DNA from: Callorhinchus milii
Lineage: Eukaryota
Assembly: GCF_018977255.1 (NCBI RefSeq)
Contig: NW_024704743.1
Location: 84,818,001 to 84,882,000 of the forward strand
Direction: 5' to 3'
DNA length: 64,000 nt
In this document: positions 25,106 to 38,214 of the stretch, piece after piece
How positions within the stretch are numbered: the first letter of the stretch is position 1
How the letters are laid out: the number at the start of each line of letters is the position of its first letter
Program-made: the position numbers and the translations under genes
Notes under the pieces: model-generated
What the model saw: only the letters and a program-made list of their open reading frames with translations
Told to the model about the DNA's origin: nothing
Databases searched by the model: none

Positions 25106-26553
25106 TTTACAGTTTTCTCACAGCTTGTTAAAGACGGTGAACAGTGAAGCAATAGTAAAGCAACTAACCAAGCAAATTGGGGAGATCAGGATACTTTATC
25201 TTTCTCTCAAATGCCCTCCACTTCTCTAAACTCCCTTCCCTCTCTTACATGAAAGGCACTGTACAACTTCGGATTGTTGTTAGCAAAAGTAATCTTTGCC
25301 TATCTAACTGGTACCAAGAATAGATAAGATCATAACCTCAGTGCTGATAACTATGTGAAATATAAATTTCTATGTTTATATGTATACAGACACATGTATA
25401 CATGGAATTTCATGGAATTTAGAAATACGTATTTCATGGAATTTAGAAATAACTTACTTATGGAAAAAGTAATGTTTCTGTGAGGTAAAGTTGGAAAATG
25501 TATGGCAAACGTATGAGATTGGAAAACTATCTATCCACAATTACAGTCACTCCACTTTACGGTTAATCCCTTGAACTGCTTTGAGATGGTTTCATGACAT
25601 AAGGTGGTAAAGTATATTAAATGACAAATTTATTATTTATCCTCTTGCTGGATGACATTTGCTCTCATGCAGTGCTCTTTACACAACAACAACAAAATTA
25701 CATTTGTAAAGCGTCTTTTACATCGGGAGGATGCCCCAAGACGTACTAGTTTACCTGTTATTACAGTGAAATCCATCTATAATTACAGCTTTAAGAATGA
25801 ATTTTACTCGTCCCTATTGAGACGATCATGCATTCAAATCTAAAGTCAAGCCTATTTATTTCTTAAATGCATGGACTTAAGACAGATTTCAGTTCACTTT
25901 ATTTCCACATGGAAAATATTTCCACTTTTTAACTCCCAGCAGTGCCAGGTTTTCCAATAATGTTTCTGCTACGTATTAGTTGTCTGCTTTTCTTCAAGTA
26001 ACTGCAGTATTCACAACAATATGATTTGAATCACATCAGTGGTCTGTGAATTGAATCCACACCAGCCACTTAAATGTGATATTAAATCTACCTCTTTATT
26101 TGCTAGCTGTGACCATTTACCCTGTACAATGTACATTTTCGCAACTTGGACAAGTTGTAGCATTTTTTTCTTATTCCTGAGCAACAAAACCCAGAAAAAA
26201 AATTTAACTTTACTTTCCTGTTCAAACCAAAGTGAATTTAAGGCTTGATTTTGCCTCTGTTTTAAACCCAGTATTTCATGCTATATATAGCAGGTTAATG
26301 TGATTTATATGGAAAACTTAGGAATAGGTGGGTTATTTTTAGTTGTGTTGTATGTACTTTGATCAGAAACAGTCCTTTCTCTTATAGCCTTGTCTGCATA
26401 AAGTTCTGCTGTGCTAACATGGTGAGGTTTGGAAGACATAAGCCATGTACAACTGGTACAACTACGTGGGTGTTCAGTGGCTAGTTGGTACCCTTTGTGG
26501 GTTTTCCTTTGCCTGACCTGAGGCATCTTTTAAATACCTTATGTTTTTCACAG

Positions 26554-26724
26554 AACCGATACAACCAAGCAAAGTTAAGTGTTCACGATCGTTCATTAAA
26601 GGTGGCAGCAGTTGTAGAGAGCCTTGAGCGAGAAATGGAACTCCTATGTCTCACTGGAGTGGAGGACCAGCTGCAGGCAGATGTGAGACCCACACTAGAA
26701 ATGCTTAGAAATGCTGGAATAAAG
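26554..26724 (+). CDS. ATP9B: ATP9B exon, 171 nt (NRYNQAK...LRNAGIK)
   Basis: tttcacag acceptor, AAG|gttagt donor, LTGVEDQLQ motif. Confidence 0.96.
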
Positions 26725-27049
26725 GTTAGTGTTTCAATTTCATAAAATTTGCATAGGCTAGTTACAATGTTGGCAACAATTTAAGAGCATTACACTTGTA
26801 TCCCATTGTAACATGCTTCACTATAGCACAAATCCATTTATAATGCAGTTGTACTGTTGATCCATGGTATGGTCAGTGTGGTATACTTCCAGTGCTGACC
26901 GGCAAGCATCCTGGACATACATCAGAGGTGTATGGAGTAACCTCTGGAAATGCTTAGCGTTTACCAGCTTCCTGCACATGTGTATAGCTCTTAAAAAGTG
27001 ACATCAGTAATAATCTGATGACCCAGATGTGCTGACCGGCAGCTATTTT

Positions 27050-27612
27050 TATGGCTCACCTCAGACGCTGACAGCACCACCATCCATGGATGCACCCTCC
27101 ACCTTGCTAAGCCAGTCCGGAACTTTGGGGTCTTGTTTGACTCGCAACTATCCTTTCTACCCCACATCGCGCCATGACCCACTCTGCCTTCCTCCACCTC
27201 CGCAACATCGCCCGGCTCCACCACTGTCTCACACCACAGTCCGCAAAACCCTCATATACGCCTTCATTACATTGAGGCTCAACTATGCAAACTCACTGCT
27301 TGTCGGGCTCCCCCACGCCTCCCTCCACAGCATCCAGATCATCCAGAACTCTACAGCCCACGTCCTCTCCTGCACTAGGCTCTGTGACCCTGTCACCTCC
27401 ATCCTGCAGTCCCTCCGTCTCGCCCCCTCCTACGCCACCTTCAAGACCCACCTTAAGACCCTCCTCTTCGACTGTACCTTCATTCTCCTTGCTTCCTCCC
27501 CTGCCCTCCACCCTCCCCCACCCTGACCCCCAGCTCGGGTCCGTAACTCTGTCCAGCGCCTTGGAACGTCCTCCCGAGGTGAGAGGCCTTATACAAATGT
27601 AATTTTGTTGTT
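27050..27612 (+). mobile_element. L2 3' fragment
   Basis: TLIYAFITLRLNYANSLL, FKTHLKTLLF, stem-loop tail. Confidence 0.9.
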
Positions 27613-28133
27613 GCATTTGATATAACACCTTATTATGTCTTCAAGATGTCTCAAAGCGCTTCACAGAATATACTGTAAAGTGAAGTGAATTGAAACGCGG
27701 CAGTGAATTGCACATAGCAGTGTCTGTCCCAAACAGTCATGGATGGAGTGACCAATTTTTTTTTAAGGAATTATTACTCCCGGAAAAGGGATCCACCAAT
27801 CGACTATCAACCGGGTTCCTACTTACTGCTCAGTAAACAGAAGTGTGTGGAGTAAGGAAACTTACTATGCCCTGAGGCTCTGGAATTCCCTTCACCTCGT
27901 CCCCTCTCTTCCTATTTTCAGGTCTCTGCTGAAGACCTTTCTTTTCGACCGTGTCTTTGGTCACCCCCCCTCCCCCTAGCTCGGCCCCGGAATCCGTTAC
28001 TATAAAGCGCTCTGAGACGCCATCCGGTGTGGAGGGCACTATATAAATCCAAGTTGTTGTTGCGTTTCGTCCCACTGGGAATTGAAACCAGGCAAGCGCG
28101 GTGAGTGCTCTAACCAGTGAGCCTCAGGACTCC
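27613..28133 (-). mobile_element. DeuSINE long subfamily, interrupted by a plus-strand L2 3' end (27864-28062)
   Basis: Head ends ggactcc at 28133; body resumes at 27863; insert carries L2 tail and (TTG)n. Confidence 0.85.
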
Positions 28134-28527
28134 ACTGAGATCTCATTTTATGGACTCTATAAACCATTGCATTACAACTACAAAATGTAATGCATTAATG
28201 GGCCAAAGAAATGGGTACAGTATTGAAATATTTTTAAAAACTAAAAACTTTTGTCACTGAAGAGAGTGCATATGTCTGCGAATTCAGTGGCAAAGTTGCA
28301 GTGCACTGTGGAACATTGTAGGGGTTATTAGATTAGGTTATCAGGTCTAAATAGCACCATCTGCTTGATTCCCCAGCACTCACCTTTTAAATGTTGCTCT
28401 TGAATAATGCCCTTTCTTTGTTAAATATGTTTGCTTGGCTCTGTATCAGTCAGAACGCATGCAACATTTTTCAGTTATTATCATCATACGTGCAGATACA
28501 TGATCTTTACTTGGAATTCTCTTCTAG

Positions 28528-28626
28528 ATATGGATGTTGACTGGAGATAAACTGGAAACAGCTACTTGCATTGCAAAAAGTTCACATCTGGTGTCCAGAA
28601 ATCAGGATGTCCACATCTTCAGACCT
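28528..28626 (+). CDS. ATP9B: ATP9B exon, 99 nt ([33 protein letters not shown])
   Basis: ctcttctag acceptor, CCT|gtaagt donor, TGDK motif. Confidence 0.96.
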
Positions 28627-29627
28627 GTAAGTAAAACTGTTCCAAGGTGAACTTTCTAAATGTTTCACATTTTATATATGTATTTTCTTGGGAAGAAAAA
28701 TGCCTTACTTTAAGAATTTAGCTTACCTATTGAATGTGAAAGGAGTGTGACTATACATCAAAGTCAGTAGTGCTTCCTGGGTGCAGCATGCAGGAAGTGA
28801 CTTCATTGGTGACCTGATGACCGAGAAGTTATCCATTGCTAACAACAGGATTGCTGAGACATTGGACCCTCCAATTGTGTTGAAATGAGGTTTCCCTGTA
28901 AGAAATTACCAGCACAAGTGGGGAACTACGAACTCTAACAAGCAATTTAGAAATTAAAACACTATGTGGATGATGAGGTGGACTAATCGTTTGGGAAGAT
29001 AGAGGGTAGACTAAATGCACTAATTGTCCCTTGCTAGCTGAAACTGTTGCTCTTCCTTTAATCACCAGATAGCAGTGAGGTAACTTCTATAAAACTGGAG
29101 AAATCAACGCAAAGTCAGATTATACTGCTGGTGAATTTTTTCAATGGGCACAAATGGTTGTTTAATAATCTGAACAAATTTTAATTCATGTTTTACAATT
29201 AAAAAGAGCAATTAAATTGAAAAAAAATATTTTCCGGTTACTGACTGAAGTTCCGTTCACTAAATGGAATGGGCTCTGAAAAACCTTGAAAGAGAACCAT
29301 TTATTACAGGTTGCAAAATACCCCTATTTTGATAAAGGCATCTAAAAAGTGTTTGAGCCAGTGTTTCAAGTCCAATTGTTATATACGCATTTCTCCAGAG
29401 CAAATCCTCTTTATGTTATGGGTGTTTTTGCAAGGTAGAATACATCCATGTCACCGTTAGAAAGCTTTTTTAGAAGCCATTTATTCTGTGTTTGCAATGA
29501 CAGTAGCTCAGATTTCAATCTTGTGCTAAATATAGATTTGGAATTTATAACATGGTTTGTGTTTTGCTGGTAATAATAATATTCCAGACATTTTGTGCAT
29601 TTGTTAATGAGAAAAATGTCCCTGCAG

Positions 29628-29717
29628 GTAACAAATCGTGGGGAAGCTCATTTGGAGTTGAATGCTTTCAGAAGGAAACATGATTGTACACTGGTTATAT
29701 CAGGAGACTCCTTAGAG
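29628..29717 (+). CDS. ATP9B: ATP9B exon, 90 nt ([30 protein letters not shown])
   Basis: ccctgcag acceptor, GAG|gtaaga donor, frame continuity. Confidence 0.95.
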
Positions 29718-30445
29718 GTAAGAGCTCATAGCTTAAGATAGAAAGTTGCACCACGACACATTTTAAATGAGACCAGCAGATCTCCAAGTGTTCAAATGAT
29801 ATTCACAGTCCATATTCTACAAAAACAGCCTTTTCATGTATTTTGTTAATGTATTTTTGCTAGTTTAAATTCAGCATGACAAATTCTGAGGAGAATGCAG
29901 TCTGTTTAACTGGCCTATTTGGAAGCAGCCCTGAAAGGCAAAAGTGATCCAAATCATTTGTCTCTTATCAGTCTGTCAAATCACATCAAGAATTCCTGTT
30001 TTTTTGTTTTAAGAAATTGAACAATTTAACCTATGTTGTTCATTCAAGTAAACTAAATCCTGAAGTACCTTTGTTCTACTCCATGTTATTTCTTCTTTAA
30101 ACTACAACTCAAAATACTGTTTTACAGGGGAAAGATAATCAATCTATTCTGTAAGCTCTTAGAAGTTACCTTATGATATGTGTCAGTGTTTTGGGGACGT
30201 TCACACTGCAGAATCATTGAAAAACTAAAGTGAATTTGTAAACCCTTTTTCATGACTTTGAGTCAAACTAATGACATTTAATTCTGAAAATGGTTTTCCT
30301 AGGTTTTTCATTTCTTTTGATCCTACTCCTGCACCAGGTGATGAAAAATCAGCTGTCACATAAATCAATACCACCTTCCACATTAAACTGCCATAATTAA
30401 TTCAGGGAATATTGCAGGTCAGGGCCCTGAAATATCTGTTTTAAA

Positions 30446-30610
30446 ATAGTCAAACCTGTTTCAAGCAACCACCACCCCTGTTAACAACCACCCTGAAACA
30501 ATCCCTTCATTGTGCATTCACACACCAACAAACCCTTACTCAGAAGCCAGCCTTATATAATGGCCACTTTGGCTTGTTCCTGAGAGGTTTTTGAAGACAA
30601 GTTTGACTTA
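30446..30610. mobile_element. pogo/Tc2-like MITE
   Basis: Inverted ends agtcaaacctgtttcaa / ttgaagacaagtttgact. Confidence 0.55.
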
Positions 30611-30924
30611 ATAATCCTTGCATTTGATAGGGCCTTGTCACATTGTTGAGATGTCAAAGCATTTCACAGAGTAAAATGTAAAGTGGTGTGACTGTATTTT
30701 GTGGTTGAACTATAATATAGTTATTACAGAAGTATCACTTCACACTAATACAGTATCACTAATAAAAGTTATCAGTCAGGTTATTTTTTATATAACCGGA
30801 ACTATGACAAATTTCAAAGTTTTCACACAAAAGCTTCTCAATTCCCGCTTAGCCTTGGCTCCCAGCAGTGGAATGAGTGTTACAGTGAATACAATTGACA
30901 GTTATATATTCTTCATGTCGGGAG

Positions 30925-31112
30925 GGTGTGTGTGTGTCTTTTTCTCTTCTGTCTGAATTTGTTTGTCTCTTTGTATCTGAATGTGTATGTGTGTCTCTCT
31001 CTGAGAATGTGCATCTCTCTTGGGTCTGTGAGTGTGTATGTCTCCAAGTGTGTGTCTCCTTCTGTCTCTGAGTGTGTCTCTCTCTCTCTCTCTGGGTCTC
31101 TGTGGCTGTGTG
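30925..31112. repeat. degenerate (TG)/(TC) microsatellite
   Basis: Low-complexity tgtgtctctc runs. Confidence 0.9.
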
Positions 31113-31559
31113 CGATGCCGCCCCTGAGAGCCAGGAGGTGATGAGCACCTGTAGCCTACGTGGGTGCCCCCCCTCAAAAAAAAAAGGGCACCCAATGTTT
31201 GTTAAAGAGTAACTAATTTTTTTTGCAACAATATAATGTGTTATTTCCTCATGTTTAGTTTTAATCAATAAAATGAAAAAATGTAGGTTGGCAGTAAAAT
31301 GTACCTCAATAAGCACCAACAAGACCTGCAATTTTCCGCAAAATACCTAATTTCTCTGTAATTTGGGGCAAATATTTCTGCACTTTTCTATTGGCCCAGG
31401 CCATGGGTAAGTTAAGTAATGTTGTGGAGAATCAAATTAATTACTTGCCTGTTTAATATTTTTATTTCTGACTGCAACACCCTAATGCTTGACATGTCCT
31501 CTTAAGTTGAGCAATGATTAGACAAAATAGATCTCTTCAACATTGAAAAGACATGCAAC

Positions 31560-31770
31560 AGAGGTATATTGGAGAGAGAAAGTAAACACAGAACAGTACT
31601 TTCAGATACACCAAGTGAGCAGATCACAGGGGCACAGGTTCAGGATTGTAAAAGGCAATTTTAGCACAGATACCCAGAAGTATTTATTTACCCAGAGGGT
31701 AATTAACAAATGAAATGACTTGTCAGAAATGGTGGTTGAGGCCAGAATGCCGGGCTCCTTTAAAAACTTA
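31560..31770 (+). mobile_element. degraded CR1 ORF2 3' fragment
   Basis: TGAQVQDC/FTQRVIN-type remnant (tttacccagagggtaattaac). Confidence 0.55.
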
Positions 31771-32378
31771 ACAACTTGCATTTATATAGATCACTTCAAT
31801 TACAATGAACATCTTGGAGCACAGGGATGGATACCAAGCAAGGGATACATGGGAGGGGGATCACAGCTTGACTCTGTTATGGAGGGACAGTAGAGTAATT
31901 ATTCTGGAACGATAAGATACAAGTATCTTCATCTGAAGTGATCTTGTGCAGTTATGTTTGACTTCACCGTCCATATTTGTCACAACACTGCCAAAATACT
32001 GCAATCAAAGAGGCACTCATCACAGAGTATTGTATTTGGGTTAAATCTTATTCAATGACTTCTAGAGCTGAGAATGCATTATCCCTAGTCAAAAAACTGA
32101 GTAAAATACCACCAATAACTGAACTAGGAAAGCGCCAGATGAATTTTTTTTACTAGGACTAAAATTTCTAAATCCGGATGCTTTCACTTGTGGTTCAAAC
32201 GCCTGGTCTGGGAGAAATATATAAATATATAAGCATGATTGTATTTGGCTTTCCCATCTTTCTCCATCCTAGGATTGAGTTTTTCCCAAAGTTAGTGATC
32301 TGGCAAACTGTAGACTTGGCACAATTTGTACACTAGAGATGTCAGCAGCCATGATGAGCCCACTTAAGCTAGCCAAGT

Positions 32379-32669
32379 TAATAATAATAATAATAATCCT
32401 TGCATTTGATATAGCGCTTTTCACGTCGGGAGGACGTCCCAAAGCGCTTCACAGAACACACTGTAAAGTGAATTGACTGTATATTTGTGGGCGAACGCGG
32501 CAGCCAATTGCGCACAGCAATGTCCCACAAACAGTCGTGGATTGAAAATGACCAATTTATTATTGTTTTTTTGGTTTTGGAGGGATTATTATTAGGCGTG
32601 TGGAGTAAGGAAACTTGCCCAAGGTTTCGCCCTGCCTGGAATTGAACTCAGGTCTCTAGCTTGCAAAGC
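32379..32669 (-). mobile_element. young DeuSINE, short subfamily, lacking first about 25 nt
   Basis: Near-identical to the 59326 copy. Confidence 0.92.
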
Positions 32670-33365
32670 TGGAAAACATTGAAAATGTAAGCACAGTCTT
32701 TAAAAATTCAGTGAAAAAACTTATCGGAGCCCAAAAGTTCACAGGACAGTATGGATTATTTAAGAAGCAATGGACCAACTGAGTTCTCATGCACTGATAC
32801 ATTCTGTAATTGACTCATTTCCAGGAGCTTGACATTAAGAACATTTTAAGGGGAAGTAAAAAGGCGAAGACCAAGCTGTTAAGTTGTATGAAAATATATT
32901 CAAGGAATGACAGGAAATCCAGTGCAGAATGCCATTAAATTTTTAAATTTAGGGGTGACAAACGTGATGTGATAATTTTCACTGGTTCTAAAATATCACT
33001 TCAGTGAAACTTGCAGTTGAGCCAGTCAATAACTGGAAACTAGCTGTGGGAAGGACCTCAAGCCTAATTTAACATTGTGGTTGATACAGTAGTTTTTAGT
33101 AATCACCATTGAAATTGTTGTGGAACAATTTATATATAAATTTTCACCTGAAACTCAAAAAAGCTGATACCCCCTGAAGTAGCATTCACACATGGGTGGC
33201 AGCTCCATTGGTGGCAGCTTTAGGCTCATCCATTCAGTCAAATTGGATGGGGTGGGGGGGGCACAGCTGGGGACAGTCCTTAGTTTTTAACTTGCTTGAC
33301 TGTAATTTTTGATAATGTGATATTTATCCCCAGTGATAGTGATAACAAATGGAAATTTTACATTT

Positions 33366-33688
33366 TAATAATAATAATAATAATCATTGCATTTGATATA
33401 GCGCTTTTCACGTCAGGAGGACGTCCTAAAGCGCTTCACAGAACACACTGTAAAGTGAATTGACTGTATATTTGTGGGCGAACGGGGCAGCCAATTGCGC
33501 ACAGCAATGTCCCACAAACAGTCGTAGATTGAAAATGACCAATTTATTATTGTTTTTGGTTTTGGAGGGATTATTATTAGGCGTGTGGAGTAAGGAAACT
33601 TGCCCAAGGTTTCGCCCTGACCTGCCTGGAATTGAACTCAGGTCTCTCGCTTTCAAAACGAGTGCTCTAACCACTGAGCTACAGGACT
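33366..33688 (-). mobile_element. young DeuSINE, short subfamily, near full length
   Basis: Head, core, stem-loop tail and (TTA)n all present. Confidence 0.92.
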
Positions 33689-34957
33689 GAGCTATTATTT
33701 TGATGTCAAACTTTACTCAGTCTCCCAAACTTGGGCCAGGGAAAGTCAATGACAAGCCTACTGCATTCATTCATTAAAGTGGGGTTTACCTTATAGTGCC
33801 CTCAATGTTGAGACTTCATTAGCAATTTGTCATGTCTGCTTGAACAGAAAATAAATATATGGTCTTGAATGATCTTGCCAAATACTTTTTGCAGAAGCTG
33901 AGATTTTCTATCAGATCTAAAAGCAGGTTGAGCATGGATCATTTTTCCATGTGCAAAATGTATTGCACCATTATTTACACCTTGTTCCAGCACTGTTTCT
34001 GACGCATTCCCCCCACACCCAGGAGGCTAACTAACTAACTTCACTAACATCTTGGAAAAGAGACCATGAGAGTGATTTGTTCTAAAATCTAGAGGACTTT
34101 CCCAAAGTTAAATGATTTGTCACTTAATTACCTTGTTGATATCCCTTGTAAGTCTCCACCCACACATACACATGCATGCATACGCAGATGACATCAAATG
34201 AGGTGAGATTTTTAGTGGACCTTATTTATGAAGAGGTGCTACAGGCACGGAGAAATTGCTATGAAAAATACAAATAAAGTTGCAGATGCTGAAAATCCGA
34301 AATAAAACTGAATGCTGTAAATGCACAGCAGATCAATCAGCATATATTGTCAGCACATAGTGTCTAATAGACAGGATTACCCATCCTAGACTTCAAACAT
34401 CAGCAAGTATCTAATAAAAGAGAAGTTGAAGATAATTAAACTGTCCATTTTAATCAGGCTGTACATCTGAGAGATTGGTTTCCAAAAAATTGATCTCAAA
34501 GATGTCTACACCGGGTGTCTCAGTGTATGCTGCAGCGGCATGTTTCTACCTTATGGTGTAGCTCCTGTACTAAGAATTTCAACAATGTATATTAAATTAG
34601 TGAACCTGAGTTTTTCTAGGGTTTTATGTCAAATTATCTCTCAAAAGTGCGTCACAGGTAATGCTTGTCAAGTACAGGGACTATTTTGCCTATTTGCGCC
34701 AGCAAGATCCAACAAACAACCATTAGGTGAATGAACGAACAATTAATCTGAAGCATTGTTGGCTAGAATAGTATCAGTGTCTTTAACATCCATCTGTTCT
34801 GCCTCTGTTTAATGTTTCATCTGAAATGTTTAATCTCTTAACAATGGCATTTAACCCTAGAAACTGAAGTGTTAGACTAGACTACGAGCTCAAAAATCCC
34901 AACATAGGCCTTGAATCCACAAATTTATGATCCAGATTTGACAGTGCTGGTAACTAC

Positions 34958-35760
34958 CTACAACAACAACAACATTCTTTTATAGAGCGCCTTTCATGTC
35001 GGGAGGACGTCCCAAGGCACTGGACAGTTGGGTCAGGACCCGAGCAGTGGGGAAATGGTCAGGGTGAGGGGAGGGAAGGGAGGGGGCGAGGAGGGGGTAG
35101 AGAGTCGAGAGGAGAGCTGAAGGCACGGTCAAAGAGAAAGGTCTTGAGACCGGCCCTGAAGGAGGAAAGGGAGGAGGCGGCGAAGGCACTGGGGGATGGA
35201 GTTCCAGAGCTGAGAGGCTGAAGGCCCGGCCACCGATGGTAGGGCGGTTGGGGCGGGGGATGTGGAGCAGACCGGAGCCAGAGGAACGGAGGGTGCGGGC
35301 AGGTAGGTAAGTGGATGGTAGGTCGGAGAGGTAGGAGGGAGCGAGGCCGTGAATGGTCTTGTAGGTGAGGATGAGGATCTTGAATTCGATCCTCTGGGGG
35401 ATGGGGAGCCAGTGGAGGCGAGCGAGGGTGGGAGTGATGTGGTCCCGAAGCCTGGTGCGGGACAGTACACGAGCTGCAGAGTTCTGAATGACCTGCAGCT
35501 TGTGGAGGGAGGTGCCGGGAAGGCCGGTGAGGAGAGAGTTCCAATAGTCCAGCCTTAAGGTGATAAAGGCGTGGACCAGGGTTTCAGCAGCATGAGGGGT
35601 GAGGTAGTGCCGTAGTCTGGCGATGTTTCGGAGGTGATGGAAGGCTGTGCCAGTTGTGGCGCGGATATGAGGAAACGACAGCTCAGGATCGAACAGAACA
35701 CCGAGGTTCCTGACTGGCTTTGAGAGGTGGAGAGTGCAGCCTTGGATGCTGATGCTGATA
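34958..35760 (-). mobile_element. young L2 3' fragment
   Basis: ORF 34980-35789 with VRNLGVLFD, AFITLRLDY, LHWLPIPQRIEFKIL; stem-loop tail and (TTG)n. Confidence 0.94.
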
Positions 35761-36948
35761 CCTAAAGCAGTGTGCCAGGCATTTACCAAATTGGGGTGCC
35801 TACTAAACCTACAGAATTTATAGTTGTAGCCATAACCTTCCCAGGCATGAGGAGGAATTCTGTCTGTTGGCGAAACTGCTGATAAATGTTTGCCACTTCA
35901 GGTTAAGTAAGCACCAATGGACATAAATAAATGCTTAAAGACAGTTTTTAATTGGACAATTCTGATTATTTTAGGATTATTGGTTTGTATTGATTGTTTT
36001 CAGTCCTGCAGGGGTGATGAGTAAAATCAGTATAGAAATGAAGAGCAGTGACATGTAGACACATAATTAAAATGGCACAACTGTACTGATAGGATGAAAT
36101 GTTGACACTTTTATCTCTAGGATCGTGGATTTTACGCCAGGAGGCATGCATCTACCATATGAGCACCAGACTTTTCTTGTCATATTTCCTTCTCTTTCCA
36201 AGATGTAGACTTGCATTGGAATACACATCTTTCCAATTTTAGAATATACAGATAAAATGCAACATTTAGTGTTTGTTAAATTGACACTTAACAAAAATTA
36301 TTATTTTTCAGTGGCGCTAACTAGTTAAGACTACTTATGTGCAGGTGTTCTTACAAAGCAATTTCCTTTTGTGCATCCCGCTAAAGATAACAACCTATTT
36401 TTAGATTAAAGTATAGTTGCTGACCTGCACCCACTTACTCGGGTTAAAAAAGCAGCGGTACAAAACTCTGTTCAGTCACCATTAGCAAGTTATAGCTGAT
36501 TTGCAGGAACCCCACAATTTACTTCCAGTTGTTGGGAGCAGGGATTCCACATGTCAGATGTGATGTACTGATTAGCAGCAGGATTTCCCGTTACTGTCTA
36601 GGAGTAGTTCATTGTGAATCCTGCTTCGAACCATTGTGCACTTTGTCACTGCACAGAAGAATCGTCATTGATTTTACATGTCTGTAACTTAAACATTTTC
36701 AAATGTAATTGCTAGCCAACGGCAGTTGATAAATTGTGTATAAAAATACTTTGTGCATAAATATGCTCAATAATATGATATGGTTGCTTCTTCATAGCCA
36801 ATCAAGGACTATGCCCCCTCTTCCCATATACCATTGCCCATACAGCATCTATATCTCATAAAGTGGTCAGAAAAATTGCTGAAGGGCATACCATTGCGTG
36901 GAAGGTGTTGTGGACATTGTTCTTGACTGCTTTCATGTGTGCATTTAG

Positions 36949-37093
36949 GTTTGCCTGAAATATTATGAGCATGAGTTTGTGGAACTTGCATGCCAGTGCC
37001 CAGCTGTCGTCTGCTGTCGATGTTCTCCCACACAAAAAGCACAAATTGTGAAGTTGTTGCAGCAGCACACAGGCAAGCGCACATGTGCAATAG
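36949..37093 (+). CDS. ATP9B: ATP9B exon, 145 nt ([10 protein letters not shown]...RTCAI-G)
   Basis: catttag acceptor, TAG|gtaagc donor, [10 protein letters not shown] motif. Confidence 0.96.
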
Positions 37094-38214
37094 GTAAGCA
37101 GGAGTTGATGTCTTTAAATTGTGAACCAAAAATGCAACATTCCAATCTAAACCGCATTTCATTTTCTGTTTGTTTTGCTAAATCTAAGTGCTATATTCAC
37201 TCTCTTTTAAAATGCTGCCTTTTTTGTGATATTACCCCTGCATCCTCGTAACCGTTTGCAATAAGTTACACAATGCAATAACGGGCAAAGAGCTAAATAA
37301 AGCATGAGGTAACAGCCAAGTGCTTCAATTATGTTGAGGTTTCTGTTTACAGGAAAAAGTGCAGTAACAGCTTCATAAGCTATTAATAGAATACACTCTG
37401 TATAAAACTCAAATAGCATTCAAAGACTCTCTAGACAGGGAATTGGTTAGTAAGTGAAAGTGAATAAATTGGATGATTGATCCATTATTAAGAATTGTGA
37501 GGTTCTCCAAAGCGCTAATCATGAACTGCCATTTGGTCATAGGGGACTTATCAAATGATATTTGTTTTCTCAATTAAAGATTCAATTTACAGATGAGAGA
37601 AGTTATGACGTTGAGACTTTCCAGGAATTGAGTGTACACAAAGTTAATATTTTATGCTCAACATCTCCTGCACACAACTAGAGTAAGGAACATTTCCATA
37701 ACAAATTCAGGAAACAACACAATGCTTTATGGGGTTTTTGTTGATACCAGTGTATCAAAAATGTACTGTGTTTGGTGTTTGTTTTTCCCACCGAGAGCTA
37801 AGGCCGTAGGATTTTGTTTCAAAGCTTAGGTAAAGGTTTAAGGTGCAGAACACCAGAAAAATGTGAGGAAAGCTGATGGGAAATAGATGTTAAAATCGAA
37901 TAGTCTGAAGGAGGTAATGGTTTTCACAATCTTGAGATCCTGGAAAAGATTGAGAGTCAGAGACTGAGCAAAGATTTGATTACAATATAATGAAGATGCA
38001 AAGAGGAAACCGAGAAATTTCCAGCACAGAAAAGACCGTTCAACCCATTCTGTCTGAGCCACAAGAGGAAGTGTGTAAATCTTGTACTTGCACTTGTAGC
38101 TTGAGAGGAAATGTAAAGTAACTTTGAACATGAACAGTATCGACAAAATAAAAATTGGGAAAGATTGCAATGGATAGAGGTAAAAGACGGATGATTTATC
38201 AGTCCTTTTGTTTA

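Noticed and set aside
25401..25452. short catggaattt(agaaata) duplications
   Set aside because: Ordinary slippage duplication.
30849..31331. 160-aa ORF
   Set aside because: Open frame produced by a TG/TC microsatellite.
34980..35789. 269-aa ORF
   Set aside because: 5'-truncated L2 lacking endonuclease and RT core; cannot be autonomous.
36810..36922. possible H/ACA snoRNA (tatgccc...gggcata pairing, ACA near acceptor)
   Set aside because: No convincing two-hairpin structure or correctly placed H box.
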